This document shows positions 1 through 8,131 of a stretch of 64,000 nt of DNA, piece after piece; position 1 is the first letter of the stretch, and every line of letters starts with the position of its first letter. This DNA is from Spirochaetia bacterium (GTDB lineage Bacteria; Spirochaetota; Spirochaetia; DSM-2461). The notes beneath the pieces are model-generated. The model did not search any database. It was not told the DNA's origin and worked only from the letters and a program-made list of their open reading frames with translations. A program made the translations under genes and the position numbers. The stretch spans positions 320,001 through 384,000 of the forward strand of contig OY764216.1 in assembly GCA_963668315.1 (NCBI GenBank). The letters are read 5' to 3'.

Positions 1-399
1 GACGAGATGGCCCAGCGTCCTCCTCTGGGAGGCCTCCACGCCGGATCTTCTCAGAAGAGCTCTGACCCGGGCCAGCAGCTCGGGGGCCTCAAAAGGCTTG
101 ACCAGATAATCGTCGCCCCCCAGTTCCAGCCCCTTGACCTTGTCTACCGTCTGACCTTTGGCGGAAAGCATGAGGAGGGGAAAATCCCACATCGCCCTTA
201 TCCGCCGGCAGAGTTCCCAGCCGTCCATACGGGGCATCATGATATCCAGAACAGCCAGAGAGACACTCACTTCGTCCAGCAGGGCCAGAGCCTCTTCCCC
301 GTCGCAGGCGGTAAGCACCTCGAATCCGGCGGTGCTCAGGACATGGGAGACAAGCTGCCGGATATGTTCGTCATCGTCGACAATCAGTATGCGCGTCAT
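1..399 (-). CDS. OmpR-family response regulator (3' end runs off the window)
   Basis: Not in the ORF track. Read manually from ATG at 399: MTRILIVDDDEHIRQLV...LDIMMPRMDGWELC...MLSAKG...DDYLVKPF...ELLARVRALLRR, a receiver domain plus OmpR linker. Starts 10 bp after the ABC exporter stop. Confidence 0.93.
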   Translation of the reverse strand, partial: MTRILIVDDDEHIRQLVSHVLSTAGFEVLTACDGEEALALLDEVSVSLAVLDIMMPRMDGWELCRRIRAMWDFPLLMLSAKGQTVDKVKGLELGGDDYLVKPFEAPELLARVRALLRRSGVEASQRRTLGHLV

Positions 400-409
400 A
401 ATTTTCAGT

Positions 410-2191
410 TTACATGACCGGAAGGGCGGAACGCAACTGATGCTCTGCGTATCGGCGGTATGTTCTGTGATAATCCATCAGCTCCTCATGACTGCCGGTT
501 CCGGAGAGACGGCCGTCCTCGACAAAGAGAATCTGATCCGCATCGACTACGGTGGAGAGTCTGTGGGCGATTATGAGAACGGTTCTCCCCTTCATAAGGT
601 TCTTTAAAGCCTCTTGTACCCAGATTTCCGAATCACTGTCCAGGCTGGCCGTCGCCTCATCAAGCATCAGAATCTCCGGCTGTCTGAGAAACGCCCGGGC
701 TATGGCGATACGCTGCCTCTGGCCGCCGGAAAGTTTTATCCCCCGCTCTCCCACCCGGGTCTCATACCCCTCGGGGAAGGCGGAGATAAAATCATGGGCA
801 TAGGCCATCTTAGCCGCCTCCCGGAGCGGCTCTTCTCCGACAGGCCCGGACAGGCCGTAGATAATATTCTCCCTCACGGTTCCGTCGATCATGGAAGTGT
901 CCTGGCTCACATAGCCGATTTTCGATCGCCAGGAATCCAGGGCTATATCGCCGATATTGCGGCACCCCAGAAGAATCTCCCCTTTATCGGGATTGTAGAA
1001 TCGCTCGATGAGGGAGAACAAGGTGGTTTTTCCTCCTCCCGATGGGCCGACGATCGCCGTGACCTCCCCCGGCTCCAGGGAAAAATCCATATCCCTGATC
1101 AGGGGAGCATCGGGGGAATAGGAGAAGTCCACTCCGTTGAAACTCAACCGATATGACGCCGAATCAACGGCCTCTCCCGACCGCCCTTCCTCTTCGGTAC
1201 CGAGAATGGCGATAATACTTTCCGTAGCTCCTCTGGCCTTACTGAACTGGGTAGAGAACATGGTCACCTGTGTCATGGGCATGATAATCTGTATAAGATA
1301 GAGAATGAAGGCAACCAGATCCCCCGCCGTCAGCGTTCCCGTTGAGACCCGGTATCCGCCGTAGCCTATGATGGCGACAAGCAGAGCCATCATAACAAAG
1401 GACATAAGAGGACTGATCAGCGCCTGGACCTTTCCTTCCTTCAGTCCGAAGCGGAAAAGGTTGCCTATTTTTTCCTCTCCCCTTTTATATTCGTAATCCT
1501 CCGCACCGGATGCTTTGACCAGCCGGATCTCTCCCAGCACCTGGGTGAGGACGGCGGTGAAACGGGCGTTCTCGTTCATCGTATCCCGGGCGATATGATG
1601 CATCCGCCTGCCCATGGGCATCAGAATCGCCAGGGCCAGGGGAACGGAAGCTGTCATAAGCAGGGACATTTTCCAGTCCAGGCAGATAAGGAGAACAGCC
1701 GCTCCGGCGATAGATATGATTCCCGTAACAAAACCGGTCAGATTCGTAGTGATCAGTTCCCTGATTACGGCCGTATCGTTTATCATACGGGATATCATAT
1801 CTCCCGAGCTGTGGGCATCGAAATAGGATACGGGAAGGGATATCTGCTTTCTCCAGAGGAGCTGCCTCATCGAGGCGACGATTTTCTGTCCCGTGTAGTT
1901 GAGGATGTAAGCAGCCAGGGCGGAAAGAATCATCTGCAGAAGAAAAGCACCCGCCAGAAGAAAAATCCGGGACATATCGAGGGACGACAGGGCGAACCCA
2001 TCGACCAGATCCTTGGTAAACAGGGGAACGACCAGCTGGGCCGCCGTATTCATCAGGCTGAAAAACAGGGCGATACCGATAAGGACGACAGGCGGTTCCG
2101 TCCTGGCGATAAGTCCCGTGAAATGGGACAGGGTGAAGTTTTTTCCGTCATCGGCCGGTTTGTAATCGGCCGTTTCATAACCGTGCGGCAT
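410..2191 (-). CDS. ABC exporter, fused permease/ATPase (Sav1866/BmrA-like)
   Basis: N-terminal TM domain, Walker A GPSGGGKT, LSGGQ, Walker B LDEAT, IAHRL. Start placed at ATG 2191 behind AAGGAGG; the ORF is open to 2233. Confidence 0.93.
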   Translation of the reverse strand: MPHGYETADYKPADDGKNFTLSHFTGLIARTEPPVVLIGIALFFSLMNTAAQLVVPLFTKDLVDGFALSSLDMSRIFLLAGAFLLQMILSALAAYILNYTGQKIVASMRQLLWRKQISLPVSYFDAHSSGDMISRMINDTAVIRELITTNLTGFVTGIISIAGAAVLLICLDWKMSLLMTASVPLALAILMPMGRRMHHIARDTMNENARFTAVLTQVLGEIRLVKASGAEDYEYKRGEEKIGNLFRFGLKEGKVQALISPLMSFVMMALLVAIIGYGGYRVSTGTLTAGDLVAFILYLIQIIMPMTQVTMFSTQFSKARGATESIIAILGTEEEGRSGEAVDSASYRLSFNGVDFSYSPDAPLIRDMDFSLEPGEVTAIVGPSGGGKTTLFSLIERFYNPDKGEILLGCRNIGDIALDSWRSKIGYVSQDTSMIDGTVRENIIYGLSGPVGEEPLREAAKMAYAHDFISAFPEGYETRVGERGIKLSGGQRQRIAIARAFLRQPEILMLDEATASLDSDSEIWVQEALKNLMKGRTVLIIAHRLSTVVDADQILFVEDGRLSGTGSHEELMDYHRTYRRYAEHQLRSALPVM

Positions 2192-2251
2192 ATTTTCCTC
2201 CTTTACTGGGGTAAGCGCAGGACGCTTCGCCATTTCGCTTTACCCGGGGAC

Positions 2252-2284
2252 AGAATAAAAGAGGAATGTAAACTCAGTGTAAAC
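2252..2284 (-). promoter_or_regulatory. Promoter with a tandem GTTTACA-N4-GTTTACA repeat over the -35 region (OmpR-type box)
   Basis: TGTAAAC at 2267-2273 and 2278-2284 (11-bp period). -10-like TATTCT on the minus strand at 2252-2257. Confidence 0.65.
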
Positions 2285-2285
2285 G

Positions 2286-2316
2286 AAAAAAAAGCGCTGC
2301 CGGGGCAGCGCTTTTT
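2286..2316 (-). terminator. Intrinsic terminator, potentially bidirectional
   Basis: AAAAAAAAGCGCTGC-CGGG-GCAGCGCTTTTT, directly after the stop of the minus-strand lipoprotein gene. Confidence 0.9.
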
Positions 2317-2321
2317 CTGGA

Positions 2322-2900
2322 CTATTCCTGAACCGGGGGAGCGGCCGCCGGTCCTGCGGGAACCGTGGTCTGCAGCTGGGGAGCCTCCGCCGCGGCTGCC
2401 TGTTCCGCTGCCGCCTGCTCCTTCATCCGTTCCTCCGCCATTTTCTGCAGAGCTTCATTAACATCGTAAGCCGTTCCGTCCGCCACAAGGTCGGACACTT
2501 CCTGGGTGTTGTTATCAAAAGAAAAAGCCAGTTCGGTTACCGACGATCCCGCCAGAGTCAGATCAAAGATCATGGCCCCTTCCTGGGTTACGTTAACCGT
2601 ACCGCTCATACCGGACAGGGGAAGCCCCTCCAGATCCTCGGGAGAAGCCCCCATGGCGCTCAGGGCATCGGCCACCACGTAATCCGTATAGGTAACGACG
2701 GCCTGTGTCTGGTCTTCACTTACTTCGATGGCGGCATTCTCAACGGGCATACCGTAAAGAAGCATCATAAAAGACATGGACTGGATACCAAATACATTGC
2801 CCACCAGTTCCGCCATTTCCTCTTCCTTGCCGCCCTTCTCACAGGATACGGCAAAAAGCAGAATAAGCCCCAGAAACAGGGCAGAGATTTTCTTAAACAT
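2322..2900 (-). CDS. Hypothetical lipoprotein
   Basis: MFKKISALFLGLILLFAVS-C lipobox. GGGAGG SD before ATG 2900. Ala/Gln/Pro-rich tail. Confidence 0.8.
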   Translation of the reverse strand: MFKKISALFLGLILLFAVSCEKGGKEEEMAELVGNVFGIQSMSFMMLLYGMPVENAAIEVSEDQTQAVVTYTDYVVADALSAMGASPEDLEGLPLSGMSGTVNVTQEGAMIFDLTLAGSSVTELAFSFDNNTQEVSDLVADGTAYDVNEALQKMAEERMKEQAAAEQAAAAEAPQLQTTVPAGPAAAPPVQE

Positions 2901-2949
2901 TATACTACCTCCCGAAAACACACTCTCGGGAGAGTACGCATTCCGAACC

Positions 2950-2978
2950 ATTCTAGTGGGATATGATTCTTCTGTCAA
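2950..2978 (-). promoter_or_regulatory. Sigma70-type promoter of the lipoprotein gene
   Basis: TTGACA (2973-2978), 17 bp, TAGAAT (2950-2955) on the minus strand. Confidence 0.8.
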
Positions 2979-3002
2979 CGAAAGATTCGGGCCGGAGCCG
3001 TT

Positions 3003-4676
3003 CTACAGAGAGAAAATGGCCGCCTCCCAGGGACGCAGCCGCCGGCAGCCCGGTTTCTCCCAGCCGGGATAGTTCCCCAGAAGGCGCGTTCCCGCAGCGG
3101 CTTTGAGCTTTCGGGGCAGCCGGAAATATTTTCTCCTCGATGTAAAATTCAAGACAACAAGGAGAGTTTCTCCCTCCTGGGAGCGGGTATAGGCGACGAC
3201 AGGCTTATCCGGGGAGGTGAGCAATTCATATTCGCCGTAGACCATGGCGGGATGCTTCTTTCTCAGGGAGATCAGTTCCCGGTAGAAGTACCATATGGAA
3301 TTCCCGTCCTTCCGGGCCCTTTCCACATTGATCTCTGCATAATTGGGGTTCACCCTGATCCAGGGAGTTCCCGTGGTAAAACCCGCATGGGCGGAATCGT
3401 CCCACTGCATGGGAGTCCGGGCATTCTCCCGTGTCCATTTCCGCCAGCGGGACAGAAAGCTCTCTTCCGACTCCCCCTGGGCGGCACATTTCGCCCAGTC
3501 ATTCCTGAGGGCGACATCATTGATATCATCCATCCGCTCGAAGGGAACATTCGTCATTCCGATCTCCTCCCCCTGGTAGATATAGGGGGAACCGGGCATG
3601 GTATGAAGATAGGCACCCAGCAGCTTGGCCGATTCGATCCGGTACTCGGCGTCATCTCCCCAGACGGAAACCTGCCGGGGAAGATCGTGATTATTGAAGA
3701 ACTGACTGTTCCAGCCCCTGCCCCAGGTCGCATCATACCATCTCTGCTGAATACGGTTGAGCTGCCCGATTCTCTTCTTTGAGGGGAATTGCCGGGGCAG
3801 GCCGCAAATCTCAAAGTGAAAGATCATATTGAGTTCCTCCCTTTCGGGAGCGACGTAATCGCAGGCCATGGCCGGGGTGGTCATATTCATCTCGGCCACA
3901 GTCATCACATCGTATCGGGATAGAGCCTTTTGATACATCTCGTGGAAAATACCGTGCAGACCGGGGTTATGGGAGTATAGCTCCTCGTCCAGCACATAGC
4001 CGTCCTGATGGGTCGGAGCCTTTTTCGAATCGGGGAAGCCCTCGGGTTTCTGCATCAGATGCACCGCGTCCATGCGGAATCCATCGATTCCCTTGTCGAG
4101 CCACCACGTCATCATATTCAGGATTTCGCTTCTCAGCCCGGGGCAGTCCCAGTTCAGATCGGGCTGCTTCCGGCTGAAGAAATGCAGGTAATACTCGCCT
4201 GTGGCCTCATCATACTCCCAGGCGGAACCGTGGAAGAGAGATTCCCAGTTATTGGGGGGCCGTCTCTTACCATCTTCCATCCGGCCCGGCCGCCATACAT
4301 AATAGTCCCGGAAGGGGTTATCCAGGCTCTTCCGGGATTCAACGAACCAGGGATGCTCATCGGATGAGTGGTTTACTACCAGGTCCATAATCAGCTTGAT
4401 ACCCCGGCGATGGCACTGTTCAAGGAGTGTTTCCCAGTCCTCCATCGTGCCGAACTCATCCATTATATCCCGGTAATCGGAGATATCGTAGCCATTATCG
4501 TCGTTGGGCGATTTGTAGACCGGATTCAGCCAGATCACATCAATGCCCAGATCTTTAAGATAATCAAGCCGGGAAATCACACCGGGAATATCACCGATCC
4601 CGTCTCCGTCGGAATCCATAAAACTCCGTACATAAACCTGATATATAACCGCTTCTTTCCACCATGCTTTTTCCAA
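3003..4676 (-). CDS. GH13 alpha-glucosidase (oligo-1,6-glucosidase-like subfamily)
   Basis: WWKEAVIYQVY, DNGYDISDY, DLVVNH, QPDLN, catalytic GFRMDAV / TVAE / NNHD, YQGEEIGM, RTPMQW. TTG start with AGGAG SD. Confidence 0.95.
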   Translation of the reverse strand: MEKAWWKEAVIYQVYVRSFMDSDGDGIGDIPGVISRLDYLKDLGIDVIWLNPVYKSPNDDNGYDISDYRDIMDEFGTMEDWETLLEQCHRRGIKLIMDLVVNHSSDEHPWFVESRKSLDNPFRDYYVWRPGRMEDGKRRPPNNWESLFHGSAWEYDEATGEYYLHFFSRKQPDLNWDCPGLRSEILNMMTWWLDKGIDGFRMDAVHLMQKPEGFPDSKKAPTHQDGYVLDEELYSHNPGLHGIFHEMYQKALSRYDVMTVAEMNMTTPAMACDYVAPEREELNMIFHFEICGLPRQFPSKKRIGQLNRIQQRWYDATWGRGWNSQFFNNHDLPRQVSVWGDDAEYRIESAKLLGAYLHTMPGSPYIYQGEEIGMTNVPFERMDDINDVALRNDWAKCAAQGESEESFLSRWRKWTRENARTPMQWDDSAHAGFTTGTPWIRVNPNYAEINVERARKDGNSIWYFYRELISLRKKHPAMVYGEYELLTSPDKPVVAYTRSQEGETLLVVLNFTSRRKYFRLPRKLKAAAGTRLLGNYPGWEKPGCRRLRPWEAAIFSL

Positions 4677-4723
4677 GGAAGACTCCTCTCTCTTATGAAA
4701 TGCCGAATTATGGCAATACCTTC

Positions 4724-4762
4724 AGTATAAAAGAGGATTTCAGATTACGCAATCGTTTGCAT
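4724..4762 (-). promoter_or_regulatory. Glucosidase promoter with overlapping LacI-family operator
   Basis: TTGCGT (4747-4752), 17 bp, TATACT (4724-4729). Near-palindrome ATGCAAACGATTGCGT (4747-4762) with central CG, typical of LacI/GalR operators. Confidence 0.7.
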
Positions 4763-4788
4763 AAGAAATGGAAAGAGTACCGGGAAGA

Positions 4789-4819
4789 TAAAGAAAAGGG
4801 CCTGCAACGCAGGCCCTTT
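4789..4819 (-). terminator. Intrinsic terminator
   Basis: AAAGGGCCTGC-AAC-GCAGGCCCTTT (4795-4819) preceded by an A-rich run, which is a U-tract on the minus strand. Confidence 0.85.
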
Positions 4820-4904
4820 AAGGAGGGAGTTCTTATGAAAAAAAAGTTCACATTCTAGTTAAATGTTGTTCTTTTCCGGGACATTGTCCCTGTGCTGTTG
4901 AGAT
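4790..4904 (-). ncRNA. Candidate trans-acting small RNA with anti-SD/anti-AUG tract
   Basis: Minus-strand -10-like TAGATT/TATATT at 4906-4916, 5' hairpin GGGAC-AAT-GTCCC, unpaired UUUUUUUUCAUAAGAACUCCCUCCUU, then a terminator with a U-tract. No ORF on this strand. Ends are approximate. Confidence 0.6.
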
Positions 4905-4983
4905 AAATATAATCTATGAGCCTTTCCCCAACATTACCGTACCGTTACATTGATGTAATATTCTTTTGATAATGTCACAAAGG

Positions 4984-6185
4984 TTTGACATAATTTTCTG
5001 AAATATCGGGTTTTCCCCTCAAAAAATCCTCCCTTCTATTAGTGACTTGAAAGAAGGAGGTTCACATTGTCCAATCAGATTTACTGCCCTAATCCGAAGT
5101 GCGTTAATCATCCTCATACATCTGAAAGCAATTCCTGGATACGTAAGAAGGGCTTTGTAAAAACAAAGAGGGATGGCATGGTTCAACGTTATCAATGCAA
5201 GGACTGTTTATCCACATTCTCTCTATCTTATTTCACAATAGACCATTATGTTCAAAAGAAGCTTTCTTATCCCACCCTTCTGAACCATCTTGTCAGCGGT
5301 TCAGGCATCAGAGATATGGCGCGGGCCATGCATTCCTCACCCAGTATCATCACGAACCGCATTCAACGTCTGTCGAAGAGAATAACTTCTGTATGTCCTA
5401 AGGAAATCCATGATTTGGAGCTCAGTGAATCGGTGGCCGCCGACGGGTTGGAAAACTTCATTCTCTCCCAGTATTTCCCGACCAATGTAAATATCCTGGC
5501 CGGTCAACGATCCCAATTTATCTACACCTTCAATGCCTACCACTTTAAACGTAAGGGAGCCTGCACAGAAGAACAGAAAAAAAGAAAATCAGAGCTCTAT
5601 GAATCAGCCTTGTTTGAGAAGGGAGCTGCCTCCCGGAGTTTCAGGGAGATACTGCGCTTTCTTTCGGAAAAATCAGAAAAATCTTCCTTGCCCTCAGTTA
5701 TTCTTGATACGGATGAACACCCCATCTATCGCCATCAGTTTGAACAATACGAATTTCTTTCACACAAAATACGCCACAGAAGGACGAACTCCCGAATAGA
5801 ACGGAATTATCAAAACAAATTATTTCCCTGCAACTATATAGACAGACAGATAAGAAAGGATTTAGCCGAATATATACGGGAGACGGTTCAGTTTGGAAGA
5901 AATATGAATAACAGTATGGACAGATTTTCCTGCTACTGCTTCTGGCATAATTTCCTTAAACCTTTTCGAATAAATAAAAGGAACAGAAAATACCTTACAC
6001 ATAGTCACGCTGCGGGTTTTACACCGGAAAAAAACAGGGAGATAATTAACGAGGTTTTCCATGGATGCAGAAAAAGAGAAGAGGATTTTATGGAGTATCT
6101 TACGGATTTTCAGAAAGCTCACTGGAAGAGAACTCTTCTGAATCCGTTAAATAAAAAAGCGGTCTAGGAACGAATTGATGTCAAA
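4984..6185 (+). mobile_element. Putative IS1-like insertion element (ends tentative)
   Basis: Visibly AT-richer than the flanks and contains a single transposase-like ORF. Imperfect inverted ends TTTGACAT-AATT (4984) and AATTGATGTCAAA (to 6185). No clear target duplication. Confidence 0.5.
5067..6167 (+). CDS. IS1-like transposase (zinc ribbon + HTH + DDE-like core)
   Basis: CPNPKC...QRYQCKDC..TF zinc ribbon, GIRDMARAM HTH, ADGLENF, DTDEHPIY, NYIDRQIRK.L....RETVQF (compare IS1 IERxNxxxRxxLxRxxRxTxxF). TTG start with AAGGAGG SD. Confidence 0.75.
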   Translation: MSNQIYCPNPKCVNHPHTSESNSWIRKKGFVKTKRDGMVQRYQCKDCLSTFSLSYFTIDHYVQKKLSYPTLLNHLVSGSGIRDMARAMHSSPSIITNRIQRLSKRITSVCPKEIHDLELSESVAADGLENFILSQYFPTNVNILAGQRSQFIYTFNAYHFKRKGACTEEQKKRKSELYESALFEKGAASRSFREILRFLSEKSEKSSLPSVILDTDEHPIYRHQFEQYEFLSHKIRHRRTNSRIERNYQNKLFPCNYIDRQIRKDLAEYIRETVQFGRNMNNSMDRFSCYCFWHNFLKPFRINKRNRKYLTHSHAAGFTPEKNREIINEVFHGCRKREEDFMEYLTDFQKAHWKRTLLNPLNKKAV

Positions 6186-6328
6186 GAATAAGAACATTAA
6201 GAAAGATGCTCTCCAATTGTTCTTTCCCTTGACCATAAGGCAATTTCAGGTTTACCATTTTTCCATCACCTGCGGATCTCCCGATCTATCCTTGCACGCC
6301 GTATGCGGCATCATACCCGGAGGGGTAC

Positions 6329-8122
6329 ATGAAACAAACGACAGAAAAAAACGCCCCCGTTATTATAAGACTCTTCAGAATGATTGGGCCCAGCCGTTTT
6401 ATCTTCCTGGGCGCCATGGCGGCCCTGGCATTCTCCATTGCCTTCGAAGCGAGCGGAACCCTTATCATCCGCCATGTGGTGGATAATGTGCTGGGTTCCG
6501 GCGGTGGAGTGAAAAGCATTGCCTTCTGGGCCGCGGTCTATATGGGCACGGCCCTGATGAGGGGTATTCTGAATTTCCTCCAGGGACTGGGCAAATCGAA
6601 AACCTCGGAGAAAATCGCCCGGACGATCAGAAACAGGGTGTACGACCATCTGCAGAGGCTCTCTTTCCGCTATCACGACGAGAACAAGACCGGAGAGCTG
6701 ATTCAGCGTTCTACCAGTGACGTGGATACGGTGCGCCGCTTTTATGCCGATCAGATCCCCGGACTCTGCAACACCACGTTTCTCTTTCTCATCAACTTCA
6801 CCCTCCTCCTCACGCTGGAGTGGCGTCTGGCCCTTTTTTCCGTCATAGCCATCCCGGTCATCATACTGCTCTCCTGGCTCTTCTTCGGCAAGATATTCTC
6901 TGCCTATGACAAGTTCCAGGATCACGAAGGGGACATGACGGCCCGAATCCAGGAGAACCTCAACGGAATCCGCGTGGTAAGGGCCTTTGCCCGGCAGGAC
7001 TGGGAAAAGGAGAATTTCAGGAGAATCAACAGCAAACAGCTGGAACTGGGGTATAAGCTGAATTTCTGGGACAGCTTCTACTGGCCCTTCGGCCATGCGG
7101 TCTGCGGTTTCCAGTTCGCCGCCACTCTGTTCGTGGGGGGAATTATGGCCATCAACGGCAGAATCACCGCCGGTACGTTCATCGCCTTTTCCTCCATGAT
7201 AAACGCCCTCATCTGGCCTATGCAGGAACTGGGACGGGCCCTTAAGGAAGTCTCGAAAAGCTATGTTTCCTTTGCGAGAATATCGGAGATTCTCGATGAG
7301 GATCAGGAAGATCTGGTGGAGGCGGAACTGCCCATTGATATGTCTATTAAAGGAAAGGTGGAATTCCGGGACGTCTCTTTTCATTACGTGAAGGGCGTGC
7401 CCGTACTGGACAACATCAGCTTCACCTGCGAACCGGGCATGAAGATCGCCCTTCTGGGGGCAACCGGCTCGGGAAAGACATCCCTGGTCAATCTGCTGCC
7501 CCGCTTCTATGAATACACGGGGGGTGAGATTCTGCTGGACGACAGTCCCCTGACCCACTACAGCCGCCACACCCTGAGAAAGAATATCGGAATCGTGGAG
7601 CAGGAGCCCTTCCTCTTCTCCATGACCGTCAGGGAGAACATCACCTACAGCCTGGAGCGGGACGTCACCCAGGAAGAGGTGGAGCAGGTGGCCAGAGCCG
7701 CGGCGATTCACGACTCCATCATGTCCTTTCCCAAGGGGTATGATACCATGGTGGGGGAAAAGGGTGTCAGCCTGTCGGGAGGGCAGAAACAGCGCCTTAC
7801 CATCGCGCGGACACTGCTCAAGAACCCCCGGATACTTATTCTGGACGATTCAACTTCGGCGGTGGACGCCGATACGGAAGACAAGATAAAGAGCGCCCTG
7901 GAATCGCTGATGGAAAAACGGACCACCTTCATCATCGCCCACCGCATACAGACGCTTCAGAGGGCGGATATGATCTTCGTCCTCAAGGAGGGGCGGATTG
8001 TACAGAGCGGCTCCCACAGAGAGCTGATTGGAAAAGAGGGCTTCTATAAGGATGTCTTCGATCTGCAGACCCGCATGGAGCAGGAACTGCAGGATGAACT
8101 AACCGCCGCCGGAGCGGTATAG
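6329..8122 (+). CDS. Heterodimeric ABC exporter subunit A (TM287/EfrA-like)
   Basis: TM domain, GATGSGKT, LSGGQ, degenerate Walker B ILDDST. Confidence 0.93.
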   Translation: MKQTTEKNAPVIIRLFRMIGPSRFIFLGAMAALAFSIAFEASGTLIIRHVVDNVLGSGGGVKSIAFWAAVYMGTALMRGILNFLQGLGKSKTSEKIARTIRNRVYDHLQRLSFRYHDENKTGELIQRSTSDVDTVRRFYADQIPGLCNTTFLFLINFTLLLTLEWRLALFSVIAIPVIILLSWLFFGKIFSAYDKFQDHEGDMTARIQENLNGIRVVRAFARQDWEKENFRRINSKQLELGYKLNFWDSFYWPFGHAVCGFQFAATLFVGGIMAINGRITAGTFIAFSSMINALIWPMQELGRALKEVSKSYVSFARISEILDEDQEDLVEAELPIDMSIKGKVEFRDVSFHYVKGVPVLDNISFTCEPGMKIALLGATGSGKTSLVNLLPRFYEYTGGEILLDDSPLTHYSRHTLRKNIGIVEQEPFLFSMTVRENITYSLERDVTQEEVEQVARAAAIHDSIMSFPKGYDTMVGEKGVSLSGGQKQRLTIARTLLKNPRILILDDSTSAVDADTEDKIKSALESLMEKRTTFIIAHRIQTLQRADMIFVLKEGRIVQSGSHRELIGKEGFYKDVFDLQTRMEQELQDELTAAGAV

Positions 8123-8131
8123 GATAGGAAA

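Noticed and set aside
7..607. Plus-strand ORFs 7-417 and 158-607
   Set aside because: They are antisense to the response regulator and the ABC exporter.
4835..4858. Plus-strand micropeptide MKKKFTF with a strong SD
   Set aside because: No plus-strand promoter is evident and the adjacent terminator's U-tract faces the minus strand. It is better explained as the antisense face of an sRNA, though not fully excluded.
4983..5010. Chromosomal dif site
   Set aside because: Only a XerD-like arm is present; the XerC arm at 6-bp spacing does not match.
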